From Chiloscyllium plagiosum (Eukaryota): a stretch of DNA of 64,000 nucleotides. Each line of letters begins with the position of its first letter. Position 1 is the first letter of the stretch. Under the pieces are notes generated by a model. It worked only from the letters and a program-made list of their open reading frames with translations, did no database searches and had not been told where the DNA came from. Positions 12,127-25,486 of this stretch are shown here, piece by piece. The stretch lies in NCBI RefSeq assembly GCF_004010195.1, contig NC_057720.1, forward strand, positions 36,453,669 to 36,517,668, in the 5' to 3' direction. Position numbers and translations under genes: made by a program.

Positions 12127-13061
12127 ACACTGTGGTCATGTAAGGCTTTGTCATATTTCTTAAACTTTACAAGGGTAATTTTTCGTGATGAATACTTTGT
12201 TGATGTCTGTTTGAGTCCAGCAACCACCAGCTGCAGCTGCTGGTGTGTGCAGAGAGAAAAGTCAGTTCTTATAACTTTACAAGTTACTTTATTTATGTAT
12301 TAAACCATGCACTTACATATTATGTGTTCTGTTACAAACCATAGCTTATATATTTCCCACAAACTGAATTAACAACCTATTTATACACCCACTTGAGTCC
12401 TCTTACACTCTGAGTAGTATAAGAATATAAAAGATAATACACGAACTAGTTAACTGTTTTGCTCCTGTTGAGGACTGACATTGGCCACACACAGCTCTCT
12501 CTCCATGTTAACCAACAAAGGATCTGATTTGCAAGTGTTAATTACTGGAGTTATTGCTGTCTGTATGCCTCGAGCATCTTCTTTTATCCTCTTTCCTGAT
12601 CTTTCTCAAGTCATGGTGTCTTTTCCCCGTTGGGTCAGGCTCACCTGTTAATTGCATGTCTTTACCTGATTGGCTCCAGACCAAGGAGCTAGTAGCATTA
12701 CCTTATTGCCCCTTGTCCAAATAAGGTGTTTGCATTACCTCATCTTTCTTTCTTTTACTGCAGAATATGGTTGGTACCAAGCAGTACCTGGACTCCAGTC
12801 ATTCTCAGTTCACAAGCTGTTTCTCTTGTATGTCAGCAGTTTTTTTCTAATATACTGAGCATTCCTGGCCCCTGTCAATGACTGGCACCTCCACCGCTTT
12901 GCAGCCTCCTGACTAACATCTCATTTTCAGGAATATGTCTCTGATTGATCTCCCTGTCTCTGTCTCTGTGCAGCAGCCTGGCTAACAACTTCAAGTTAGA
13001 ATTTTTCCAGCATTAACATTTGGGAATTAGGAATAATTAATGATAATACATACAAGACAAT

Positions 13062-13252
13062 TTAGAATCATAGAATCTCTACAGTGTGGAAGCAGGCCAT
13101 CCGTCCTATTTGTTCCTCTGAAGAGCATCCCAATCAAATCCAGCCCCTACCCTATTTCTGTTACCCTGCATTTCGCATGGCTAGGATGCACATCCTTGGA
13201 CTCTATGGGGAATTTTGCATGGCCAATCCATCTAACCTGCACATCTTCGGAC
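13062..13252 (-). mobile_element. HE1-type SINE, 3' portion
   Basis: Reverse complement of the HE1 3' half (catggccaatccatctaacctgcacatc). Confidence 0.75.
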
Positions 13253-13555
13253 TTGGTCTGAGCATGAGCAGTAACTTAAACCATTACATTTGAGTTTACA
13301 GAACTTCAATTTTACTCAAAAAGGAGATGTACTGTTCGAGCTTTTCATTTGAACTTATAATGACAAAATTGATAAAAGAATCCTGTATTAGTTCACAAGT
13401 AGATTTTATTGATAGAGGTATAATCCATCATATCCATGCCAGATTGGTGCCAAAGCAACTTGGCTGGTTCCATTCCTGCAGTTTTTCACTATCTCTTATA
13501 TCAAGACTACTTATGTCTTTGAACACCAATCTGTCAAATCATTTCTGATGAAAAG

Positions 13556-14190
13556 TCATAAAATCATAGAATGGTTATAGCTCAGAGGGAGGCCGTCCAC
13601 CTTTTGTTGCATTTGTGCTGGCCCTGTAAAGGATCAACTTATCTAGTTCTACTTCTCTGCCTTCCCTGTAATCCTGCAAATGTTTCCTTTTTTGGATAAT
13701 AATCCAATTCCCTCATGAAAGCCTCAATTGAGTGTGATATAACAGACTCTTTAGCAGTGCATTCCAGATCCTACCTATTCACTGCATGAAAGAGTGTTTT
13801 CCCAAAGTCTTGTTGCTGCTTTTGCCAATTACCCTAAATCTTCATCTCCTGGTTCTCAATCCTGCCAGCAATGGGAACAGGTTTCCTTCATGAAACATCC
13901 TTCATGGTTTTGAAATTTCCTATCAATTCCAAAACCACTGTTCACCACTACTTAGTTTCCTGTCACAGCCGATTTCATATCCATGTTGCTACTGTCCTTT
14001 CAATTTCATGACCCCCCGCCCCATCTTTACTAATCTTGTGTAACGCTTTATCAAATGTTTTTTGAAAGCCCCTGTGCATCACATTAAAGCATTACCCTCA
14101 ACACCCACTGTTATCTCATCAAAATTGAAACAGGTTAGTTAAAATGTGCCCTTTAAAAATCTGTGCTAGCTTTTTAAATTATCCACTTTT
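13556..14190 (-). mobile_element. Decayed CR1 LINE fragment
   Basis: catagaatggttatagc..., cagtgcattccagatcc and tcaaatgttttttgaaagccc (DFxKAFD-like on the minus strand). Confidence 0.65.
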
Positions 14191-14820
14191 CCTAAGTGAT
14201 TTCAATTTTAATTATTGGGTGTAATTTGCTCCTCAATAGATCAGTGTGGGCAGTGGCAAGAAAGGTGGGAAAATACATCAAATGAAAACATCAGAATTTT
14301 GATGTAGAGGAATAAAAATCCAAATTTTCACTCCAGTATTAAATGGCAACTACCAATCACACTACTGAGCAGCAATCCCTGCATTTGCAATTCGTTATTA
14401 GCCCAGTACACTTTTTATAGCTAATTCCAATTCTTTCCTTCCCTAAGAAAGTAGATGGTGCAAATTCTCAACTTATGAGTCAGAGAGGGTAGCTGGTGGC
14501 TGCAGCATTAATTGTGCCCTCCAGCTGTCAGCAAACAATGACTTCACCACAATATCCCTTCATGCTTCATGGGCCCTATTCTTATCAATTCTTCATTTAT
14601 ACAAGTTGGAATATCAAACCATCACCCTCACCATTTCATAATGCATGTCCTTGGACCCACTCATACATTACTTCAGCCCTTTAACACTTCATTTTGGAGA
14701 TCAAGGACACCTACAACTTTACCGGGTCTCTCACACACGATAATTTGTTGGTGCTCTCTTTCTGTGCGCTTACTAGGAATCTACCAACCTCTGGCTTTCA
14801 GTGATTTTCATGCAGAGTAT

Positions 14821-15143
14821 TAGAATCCCTACAGTGTGAAAGGAGGCACTCCAAGGATCATCCCACTCAAACCCAGCTCCCCACCCTACTATCATAACCT
14901 CAGTGTCACCATGGCTAACCCACGTAGCCTGCACATCCCTAGATACTACTGGGTAAATTTACCATGCCAATCCAATTAACCTGCACATCTTTGCATACTT
15001 GGAGGAAACTGGAGCAGCCAACAAGAACCCATCCGGGCACAGGAAGAATGTGCAAATTCCACCCAGTCACCCAAAGCTGAAATTGAACCCAGGTTCCTGG
15101 TGCTGTGAGGCACCAGTGCAAATCACTGAGCTATTGTGCTACC
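14821..15143 (-). mobile_element. Diverged HE1-type SINE
   Basis: aacctgcacatctttg...gaatgtgcaaattccac...aattgaacccagg...gctgtgaggcaccagtgc. Confidence 0.8.
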
Positions 15144-16039
15144 CCTCAGAGTGAGAGGCAGACAGCTTGACACAGTGGGGAGCAATGAACAGTCAAGGGG
15201 ACAATTTCTCTGCAGCACCAACCTACATCAACATTATACCTGCAGTTGTGCCAGCAGCTTGCATGGCAAACACCCTGCATGTGCTTCAAGTAAATGGCAA
15301 TGTCTGAAAGTCAAAGGGGATTAATCCTTCATGGCATCAAGGAGTGTCACCAGGGAATTGGCCATGGTCAGTTAGGAGTTGGATCTAAACAAAATCCAGG
15401 CATCCGTTACCTTACCGTCTAGAGATTGGCCTATGGTCAGTTGTGCAGGTCAAATGCAATTAGTTTCAGGATGATAGGTAGATCAGTCAGTGCCCTGTGG
15501 AGATATAAATTTGAGTTGAGACAATTTTTCATACAGTGAGACAAAAGGAAGATATTGAGTATGATGGAAGTGGGTGGGAGAGAAGGTACTGGTAGTGTAG
15601 GAGTAGGAGAGTTGTGAAGTATCCCAGTAAGTGAGAAGGGCAGGAAGGATTAGTAGTTTGGGAAGATGAGGTGTGTGAGAGCTGGTGAGTGGACACGATG
15701 CATGCAATAGTGAAAGTTGTCTATGAGCTTGGCAAGATGATTTGGTGTGACAGAATTAGAATGATTGGTAGCCCTGTGAGTGAAGTAGCAAAGAAAGGAT
15801 TTCAGGCACTCACCCTTGTGGAGTACTTGTTCCCAGCAGTGGTGAGCATACTTGCCTCTCATGGCACATGAGTACACAAGAAGGGTGCTGAAGAGTACTA
15901 TTATGAAATTATCGAGGTGAGGAATGGAAAGTTACATGAGAGGATTCATTGTATGCCAGTGTGGACTGGGTATCATGAATCTTACTCGACAAAACACTTT
16001 AACTGAAAATGGAACAATTCAGCAGATTGTTTCTAAAAG

Positions 16040-16950
16040 TTTCTACAACTCAGAAACAATTGGCCTGTAGTTGCTAAGTTTACTTTTTATACTTTGTTGA
16101 AAAAGAGTATAATGTTTGCACTTCTCCAGTTGTCTGGCACCACCTCTGAATTTAAGGAAGATTGAAAACTTATAACCACAAATTCCACCCTCATTTCCTT
16201 TAGCATCCTTGGATGCATTTAATTTCATCCTTGAGCTTTAATGACTTTAAAGTACAACAGCCCTACTAACATAATATTTAATAGCTCAATAATGCCCTCT
16301 CAGTATAAATCCCCCTTTTTTGTTGCTAATTTGTTCCATTCCTCTCTTTCATTTATTTGCCTGCCAGAAAACTTTTATATTCCCTCATATGTTCTTCTCG
16401 AAGTTTATCTTTATTTCTAACATTTTCGTCTGCATTTTCAATACTAGTCTTCTATATTTAGCCTAGTTCTCAATTGTATTATCCACATGACATCTGTCAT
16501 AAACACACTTTTTTCCTTGCTTAATCTTAATCCCTATCTTTTTCATTATCCAGGGAACTCTGGATTTGTTTGCACAGTCTTTCCTCGCAAGGAAATATTC
16601 CATAACCGTATTTGAACAATGCCTTCTTTAAAGTCATTCTTCATTTACAGTTTTGTCTGCTAATCTTTATTTGGGGTCTGGATCTGTTTTTAATTAGTTG
16701 AAGTTGGCTTTTCATTCACTTAATTAATCTTACTCTGGATTGCTCTGTGTGTTTTTCTGTGGTCAATGTAAATCTTATGATGTCATGGTCACTGAATCCT
16801 AAATGTTCCCCTTCTGAAATTTGAACAACTTGACCTACCTCAGCCCCAAGATGCAAAACCAATAATGCCTTCTTTCCTGTCGGACTGGAAACATAGTACT
16901 GTTGAAAATTTTCCTTAGCACACTCAAGGAACCTTTGACTGTCTCTACCC
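16040..16950 (-). mobile_element. Old CR1 LINE fragment
   Basis: Minus-strand NYRPI motif (ORF 16043-16228) plus endonuclease-region remnants. Confidence 0.55.
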
Positions 16951-17844
16951 TTTACAGTACTGTAAATTCAGATTGTTAATATTTAGGAAAAAATTTGAAG
17001 TAAATGGCTTGTAATAATTAAAAAATTAGAATTACACAAAAAGTTTCTTCTATTTTCTTTACTGGTTGTGAACAAAGACATTCAGCTGAGAGGAGCAATT
17101 ATATCAATCTCATTCTTGCAACATGAAATGTAATCTTAAAGTGAAGAATAAAATCTTCAGATTAACTTTTGTATGCTTAGTAATTGACAAGATTTCTGTT
17201 GCAGGAAGTGAGAGAACTAGTTGTCACGGTCCATATTTGGAGCAGTGACACATCAAAGAGTTGGCAGGTGGTTCCTGCAAAGCCAGTATCACAAGTTAGG
17301 AGCTGAATTTTAAAGCAACACCTCAACGATAACACATTCATGGCTCTAGGGTGCTGAGAGGCCGAACAGAATGTGTTGTACTATTGAAATTGGTGCAAGA
17401 GTTGCTGAAATAAAGGTTATCATTAGCTATCAGATTTCAGAGAGAATTTCAATATCCTTTGCTTTTTATGTGTTATACTTTATGAATTTATGGGGCTATT
17501 AATCTTACAAATGATATGTTCATTTAATTTCATAGAATGGAATGTGATTGGGGAAAATGGAAGTAAGAAATTTGACATGGTTTTGAATGGATCAACTGTA
17601 AATGGCAGGCACTATCTAAACAGCAAGCTCAAATTAATTATTGCAAAATGTATGTAAATTTTATGAGGAAGATGTTTTTTCCCTCCAACTTTGGAAACAG
17701 CAATATCCTGACACTCAGATGGCTATCATTAACGGAGATAACTCTTGGAATTATAAACGCAATCGGTTCATTATTCTAAACAGTTAATAGTGGATTGTGA
17801 GGAAATAATGAAGATTTTACATGTCTTTTTGAGAAACAACATAG

Positions 17845-18479
17845 TGTTGTGGACTATGCCAGACCACTCAAAACATTCTTAAGCAGGCAGCCCAGACTGT
17901 AACTTTGCTATTTGCTTCAGTAAGTGTACAGTGAAAATTATCGGACTAAGTTAGCTAGGTTGACTAACAGGTTTAAAACAGACAAAAATTTATTCACAAA
18001 ATTATGGAATGAAACGCAAAGAACAGAATATAGAATACACACAAAACTGAGTCTATCCAAACTAGACTTAATTATGCTGGTCCAAAAATACAAACAGTCC
18101 CAATAAACAAACCCCTTTAAACACAGAGTAAAAATGAAACAGCAGCTTACAGATCGAAGTTAGAAGAGCAGAAGGAGAGAGAGTTCAGCAGCTTGTTTCA
18201 CACATCCCCTGTTGCAACTGAGCAAAAACAAGAATTGAGCTTTCAGGACTGACCTCTCCCCTTTCATTATACAGGTTACTTCTAAAACATGAAAATCTGA
18301 AGTCTGAAGACTCATTTGTTTATATGTAAACAAAAAGCCTCTCAGTAAACCCATTCATCTCTGTACCACTTCAGCCAATTCGGAGCCTGGGCTGTTTACG
18401 ATCTCTCTGAAAAAAATCAAGGACACAGTTTCCTTGAGAAGAAGGACCACCTTTTACAAAAAAGACCAGCTTTGTGACA
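17845..18479. mobile_element. Solo LTR with 4-bp TSD (ATAG)
   Basis: TGTTGT...GTGACA termini; ATAG at 17841-17844 and 18480-18483; its first ~250 bp resemble the LTRs at 25487 and 30713. Confidence 0.85.
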
Positions 18480-19864
18480 ATAGTGAACAATTACACTGTA
18501 TAATTTTGACTAGAAGCTTCCAGTGTAATCTACACTGTGCTGATCAATCTCAGCAAGGCAAGCCATGTTGTATTGTAATTTGTGTCAGCACTTTGTGCTA
18601 GGAATGTAAATGTCACCTCCTGACTGCCAAAAAAATAAATGTTTATGTTAAATAGAGCCTTGGCTTTAATTCAACTATATAGTGCCTTCACTGTCAATTC
18701 AGGCTCACACATGAAGAGTAACCTCTTAAATAAGACATTGGAGGTTGCTGCTCCCACTGACCTTGTAGCATGAGAAAAGTCAATGAAAATGAAAGAAAAT
18801 TTAAAAATAACCACTGAATGCATTTTGACTGAACAGTTAGAAATTCTGAATTTAAAGGTAAATTTATTCAATGGTGTTAATCTGCCATTTAAGTTTTAAT
18901 TAGATGACAGAGATATATACATGAAGTTAAAATATAGCTGGCTGCCAAGAAGTACATTGTAATGTGAAAGCTCAATTGAAACGAAATGAGGTAACTTTTC
19001 AATTCAGAAGTTGAAGGATGCTTTGATTCAGTGGTTTAATTTCTCAAATAAACCTCTGTCGATGCCAAATATTAAACGATAAATACTGGCATGTGTAACT
19101 TCATGTATATAGATAAAACAAATTGAATTACCATAAAACTTCCTGTTATCGTTTCAGGTCAATTCAGCTTGTGATTACTATATAAACAGGACTCTTTTGT
19201 GTTTATTATTTTATATAGTTTGTGCTTTCAAACCTGCATGAAGTTTATAGGAATGAGAGTTATGAATGTGTTTCTAATGTAGAAGTCTGCTTACCAGTAT
19301 ACAAATTGATTTGTATTTTTTTAAATTTATGTATTGTGCTTTGCCTTCTTTCTTTAGGTTGCAACATTTTACACCATCCCTGACTGAAAGGGCAGACAGG
19401 TGATTTGTTCTCAAAGTCCCTGCTGTTTTAAAACCAGTTAACTAAGATGAATATGGAATTATTCAATGGAAATATTTTGAACTCCACTTAATGTCTCTCC
19501 ACATAAACATAGGTGAAGCTGGAAAAATACGAAATCCAAATTCACATTTGCCAACCAGTGACATCATGTGGTGGATCTCCAGTGTGTTTTAGAAAAACTC
19601 AATCAAGTGTTCATTTCAAACTTCTGACATTTTCAAAACAAAATTTTGACATTCTGTGAAAGTATGAATACTCTTATGTTTGATAAGTTGACTTAATTAC
19701 AACATCAATTTGCATGTAACTGCATAAAGGCAGCTGTAGCACAGCAACTGCAGCCTGCAATAAAGCAGTTGAAGGCCGGGCCTCAAGATAATTTGAAAAG
19801 TCTCTTGGAAGAGTGGATAGATGAAACTGACTTTCACTTCAAAGACATCTAAAAAGAGAGAGGT

Positions 19865-20265
19865 CTTTAACTACCTGGACTACATCTCCTCCCATCCAGT
19901 ATCCTGCAAGAACACCATCCCATTCTCCCAATTCCTCTGCCTCCACCGCATCTGCTCGGATGAGGAGAGATTCCACTCATGAGCTTCTTAGGTGGTCCAG
20001 CTACTTTGAACAACATGCTTTTCCTCCCCCGTCATCCAGATAGCCCTCTGCTGCACCACCTCCAATCTCCGTTGTACAGCTCTAACCAGCCATCCCCCCA
20101 CATCCCAACGCAATGAAGACAGCGTCCCCTAATCCTCACCTACCACCCCACCAGTCATCCATAAACATTTCCACCAAAAAAAAGGATACTGCCTGGCCTG
20201 ATGTATTCTTCCAGCCTCCTGTCTGTCTATTTTGGATTTCAGCATCTGCAGTTTTTTTGTCTCTT
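19865..20265 (+). mobile_element. Penelope-like element fragment with pLTR-type tail
   Basis: YLDYISSHPVSCKNTIPFSQFLCLHRICSDEERFH is typical of the PLE RT C-terminal region; ends ...tttcagcatctgcagttttt. Confidence 0.7.
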
Positions 20266-20269
20266 ATAA

Positions 20270-20790
20270 AGTATTCGTCAGACTATGCCTATGAACAATT
20301 TTGGTCCCCTTGTCCAAGGAGAAGTACATTGGCATTTGGAGGCAGTCCGAGGAAGAGTCACTGGGCTGATTCTGGGTATGGAGGGAATTTCTTACGAGGA
20401 AAGGTTGAGTGGATTGGGCTTGTAATCATTGGAGATTAGAAGAATGAGAGGAGACCTTCTTGAAACATGTAGGATTCTTAGAAGTATGGTAAACCCTGAG
20501 ATGTTGTTTCTCCTTATGGGAGAGTATGGGAACGGAGGGTATAATCTTAGAATAAGGGATCTCCCATTTATGATTGAAATGAAGAGGCATTACTTATCTC
20601 AGAGGTTAGTCAGTCTGTGGAATTCTTTACACAGAAGTCTTTTGAGGCTGAGTTAGACAGATATGTAATCAGAAAGGGAATTGAGGGTTATTGGAAAAAG
20701 ACTTGGATTATCAGAGCAGCTATGATCATGTTGAATGGTACAGTGGGATCAATGGGCCAAATGGCCCAATGCTACTTCTATGCTGTACAG
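20270..20790 (+). mobile_element. CR1 LINE 3' fragment
   Basis: EIRRMRGDLLETCRIL...SQRLVSLWNSL, the CR1 ORF2 C-terminus. Confidence 0.85.
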
Positions 20791-23719
20791 TCTAATTGTG
20801 TATGTAAATGTCAGTAGCTTCTGAAAACCATTAAACTTGATTCTGAGTTGTGGTATATGTGGGTCATCGATATTTAATTTTGTTATCAGATAGCTAAGTG
20901 ATTTGCATTTATGTATCTTTGAGAAAGGAGTGGATGATGAATGAAATATTAGCAATGATGATAGAAAGATGAAAGGAAACATGCCAGACTAAGATTTTTT
21001 AAAAAACGCATGTAGGCCATAGTACTAATTTTATGCAGACCATTTGTTAAACCTTGGTAAAATTTAGTGTTTAGTTTTGGATGACTTTAGGAAGGATATA
21101 TGAGTCTTGGACAAATTCATTGATGATTAGCAAAGGTGTTTCCTGGGATTAAGAGTTTTGAGAAATTAGATAAATTAGGATAACTAAAAGAAAAAATAAA
21201 TACTGCAATGAGATGAGTGCTGAAGTATAGGAGTAAGAAAGAAATGACAGTTTTGGGTCAGGTGGTGTAAAATATGGCAGACAAAAAGGAAAAAATAACA
21301 AATAGTGGACGCATAAAAGACAAAAATAGTCAAATATTATTTGAAAGAGAAGCAGTAGCACTATGGTTGATAGAACGTAAAAGTGAATTGTACAATGACC
21401 CAAGCTGAGGGAACTCTTACAAGAAAGATAAATGATGGACAAAACATGATACCCAAGGTAAAAAAAACTCAAAAATTGACAAGTACAGGAAAAACTCCAG
21501 TCACAAATGAAATAACAATGCAACATTTTAAATCTTGGATAGGCAAAATTAGAATTCATAACAGACATTAGTTATCAAATATCTCTCAAAAGTTACATTC
21601 CAAGTGACTTGAGGCCCCTCCCTATTCTTTATTTTTTAATTGTCTAAGAAGCTTAAAGCAATAGAGTGCACTCATTCTAGAACTATAAGTGTAATAAGTC
21701 ACCTCATTAATGTGATCTTCACAATCATAATAGAAATAAATAACACACTTAAAGCAGAGATTGGTGAAATAGTCTGAATTTAGACATGGTGTCTGAACAG
21801 AAGGGGAATATTTTACCTTAAAACAAACATTTATAAATATACATAAGTAAGCAATAACTTATGCTTTATTGTCTTTGAAAAACAGTCAATTGTATTTATC
21901 ATCAAAAGTTTTTAGACGTGTTGCTGAAATGTGACATTGATAATAAGGATGTGAGATTTATCCAGAACCTATATTGGAACCAACTAGCATGTGTCAGGCT
22001 AGAAAAGGAACAATAAGGCATGTTTCAAGTGAGAAATAGCACAAGAAAGCTCAGTACTGTGGCCAAAACTATTCAAAGCAACAGAGAAAAGCTATAGAGA
22101 TCACTTCTTGAGAACAAAGTGAAGGGCAACAAAAAGAGGAGTTTATCTTGGTGTAATTGGACAATGGCAAAGTGGTGGGTGGGACAGAATGTGTAGAATT
22201 TGTGCACAACTGAACATAGCATGACCTGGCAAGGGGATTAATGCACTTTGGCCATTCATGCAGTTTGTGCATTGATACCTGAACACAATCTCCTGAAGAT
22301 GACCTGCTCAGTCACCTTCACTTTCTGCATTGGAGCAGGAGATATCTTCAACTGTTATTGGGAAAAATTAACCCTCATGATTCCTCATTGTTCACAGCAG
22401 TACACCAAGTAGCTCAATGCAAATAGAGGCTTGGCGTTTAACTCTTAGTAATCCATGATGAAATGTCTCCCTGTCCTTGTTCAAACTTCTACCTCCTCAA
22501 AGTTTAATCTTTGGATTGGATCTTTAAATAGTCTAGTTGAGATTGAATTATGCAAACACACAATTTACCTGCAGTCATGCATTTCACATCAAACCTGGAG
22601 GTGATATTATAATGAGATGGTTGCATTAAATGCCATAGATGGGTGTACTGAAAGTTCTTTCAGGTTTTCCACGTAATATCTCAGACCAACCTGCTCCAAA
22701 AGTGCCTGAGGCTCTTATTGAGGCCTAACTGTCAGTGTTTGATGGTGAAAAAAAAATTACATGATGTAGCTGTTTTAAACAATTCTATTTGGTCATGTAT
22801 TAACTATTTTATATCCAGAAAATGTCGTCCTAATTTATCCCGTTTCTCAAAAAAGTTTGTTAATCCCAGGAAACATCATTGTTAATCATCAATACATTTT
22901 GTCCAAGACTCCTATATCCTTTCTAAAGTCATCCAAAACCAAACACTAAATCCTACTGAGATTTGACAAATGATCTGCACAGAATCAAATACTGTTGCTT
23001 TTCTATATAAAGTCTCCTATGTCAAAGCTCAGACTCTCAGACTTTTTGTAGAACATATTTTATATAAACTATCTTTTAATAACTTAAACCAGAACATCTA
23101 AATTTGTGCATTTATCTATTTCTATATCCAGACTACTCATGTCTGCTAATCCTATGTCAATTACAATGTCACCTACAAAACAGTAATCATTTCACTTCTA
23201 CATGTATAAATTTTCTATAATTGTGAACATAAGATTCTTCATTTTTCCTTATGGTTAAGGAAAATATTATTTATTTTCCAAGAACCAACTAAATAAAAAT
23301 TAATTTCTAGGGCACACCTTTCAAAACCTTTTCCTAGTTATTAAGTTATGACGAGGAAATTAACTGTGGTGGATTTGGATTGAAAAAAAAGGTTTGAAAC
23401 TAGATAGACAGTAAATAATATTTAAAGAACTAATGCTTTGTTTTAAAAAAAACATTCCTTTAAATATACCCAACAAGAAAATTAAAGAGCCGTCACTCAT
23501 ATGAAACCTAAACATAATATTAGATCAAAGGTGGAGGCTTATACAGTTGTCAAAAAAAAGCTGGAAACCTGAGGATTAGAGAATTTTAGGATTTAAGGAA
23601 GAGCCAAGATTTTGATACAGGAAGAGACAATAGAGTATGAACATAAAATAGGAAGAAACATAAAACCTGTTTGTGCAATTTTTTTTACAGCTATGTACAA
23701 AGGACATGATTAGCAGTCT

Positions 23720-24050
23720 TTGGGGAGGCAATGGCCTAGTGGTATCATCACTGGACGGTTAATCCAGAGACACAGGTACCAATTTGGGGATCCAGGTTTG
23801 AATCGCCACAGTAGATAGTGCAATTTGAATTCATTAAAAATCTGGAATTAATAGTCTAATGATGACCATGGATCCATTGTCGATTGTCAAAAAGATCTGG
23901 GAAAGGACCTGCCAACTTTACCCGGTCCGACCTACATGTGACTCCAGACCTAGAGAAATGTGGTTGATTCTAAACTGTCCTCTGGGCAATTGGGTAATCA
24001 ACGCTAGCCTCGCCAGCGATGAATCCTGTGAATGAATAAGAAAAAAACAC
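23720..24050 (+). mobile_element. tRNA-derived SINE (non-HE1)
   Basis: ggggaggcaatggcctagtggt...ggtttgaatc head; tail ...tcctgtgaatgaataag-A-run. Confidence 0.7.
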
Positions 24051-24460
24051 AAATCCCATTTTCCTGCACTTGATCCATAGCCTACTATACGCTTGCATTT
24101 TAAGTACTCATCCAAATGCTTCTTAAATGTTGAGTGTACCAGCCTCCACCACCCTCTCAGACAGCACATTGCATATTTCTACCACCAACCAGGTAACATT
24201 TCTTTCTCAGATCTCCTCTAAACCATATGTCCCTTACCTTAAACTTATGCTTCTGGCCTTAGAGTCATCATCATGGAGAAAAGATACTCACAATCTTCTC
24301 TAACTATGCCTGTCATAATTTTGTTTACCTCAACCAGCTCCCTACACAGCCTCCTCAGTTCCAAGGAAAACAAATCCAGCCTCTCCAGTTTCTCCTCATA
24401 ACTGAGAGTTTTCATCTCAGGCAATATGGTACGTCTCCGCTGCACCTTTTCCTTCCACTC
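24050..24460 (-). mobile_element. CR1 LINE 3' fragment
   Basis: LSYEEKLERLDLFSLELRRLCRELVEVNKIM and STFKKHLDEYL on the minus strand. Confidence 0.8.
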
Positions 24461-24529
24461 TCTCTCTCTTGTATCTGCAATATTTATATGGGTAGTCCAG
24501 TTCAGTACCTCATCAACAATAAACACAAG

Positions 24530-25486
24530 GATGTTGGCATTGGAGTGATACAGTGATGGTAGTACCATTGAATGTCAAGGGGCGATGGTTAGATTTTCTC
24601 TTCATGGAGATGGTCATTGCTTGCTACTTATGCAGCATGATTGCTGTATTCCTGGATATTAAGGTCTTGTTGCATTTGGGAAAGACTGCTCCAGTATCTG
24701 AGGAATTGTGAATCATGTTGAATGTTGTGTAGTCATCAGCAAACATCCCCACTTCTGAGTTTATGGAGGAGGGATGATTATTGATGAAGCAGCCGGATAT
24801 GGTCGAGTCTACGTCACTAACCTGAGGAACATCTGCAATGATGCCTTAGATCTGAGATGCTTTCCTCCAATAGCCATATCCATCTTCCCATGTGCTGGGT
24901 ATGATTCCAACTACAGAGTTATCCCAGAACTCCCATTGACCCTAGCTTTGCTAGAGGTCCTGATGCCATACTTGGTCAAATGTGACTTTGATATCAAGGG
25001 CATTCGCTCTCATTTCCCTTGTGGAAATACGGTTAACACTTAACTGCACTCTGGGCAATTAGGGATGGGTAATTAATGCTAGCCTGGCCAGCGACACCCT
25101 TATCCTGTGAATGAATAAGAAAGAAAACACACTAATCCATTTTCCTGCACTTGGCGCACAGCCAACTGTACCCTTACATTTTAAGTGCTCATCCAGATGC
25201 TTCTTAAATGTTGAGAATACCTGCCTCCAACACCCTCTTTTGTCCATGTTTGAAGCAAATTTGTAATGATGACAGGAGCTGAGTGGTCCTGGTGGAATGC
25301 AAACAGAGCATCAGTGTGCAGGTTATTGCACTGCTTAATGGCAGTGTTAATGAGTCCTTTCATCACTTTATGTAGGATCGAACATGGACTAAGTAGGATG
25401 TTAGTGTTCGATTTGTCCTGCTTTTTGCACATGAGACAAACCTGAGCAACTTACCAGATTGTTGGGTAGGTGCTCGTGTTGTAGTT
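24530..25486 (-). mobile_element. Decayed LINE fragments (host of the LTR insertion; continue at ~31366-32200)
   Basis: AFHQDHSAPVIITNLLQTW (GFR..HS motif); the sequence gtgttgtag|LTR element|ctgcactgggaca resumes after 31365. Confidence 0.6.

Noticed and set aside
17206..19399. Exon-like segments (17206-17266, 19358-19399) between HORMAD and the MMACHC copy
   Set aside because: Splice-like sites only, with no recognisable protein; cannot support a gene. No PRDX1 exons recognised here.
21149..21571. 139-aa hydrophobic ORF and its antisense partner
   Set aside because: Low-complexity AT-rich translation with no motifs or splice support.
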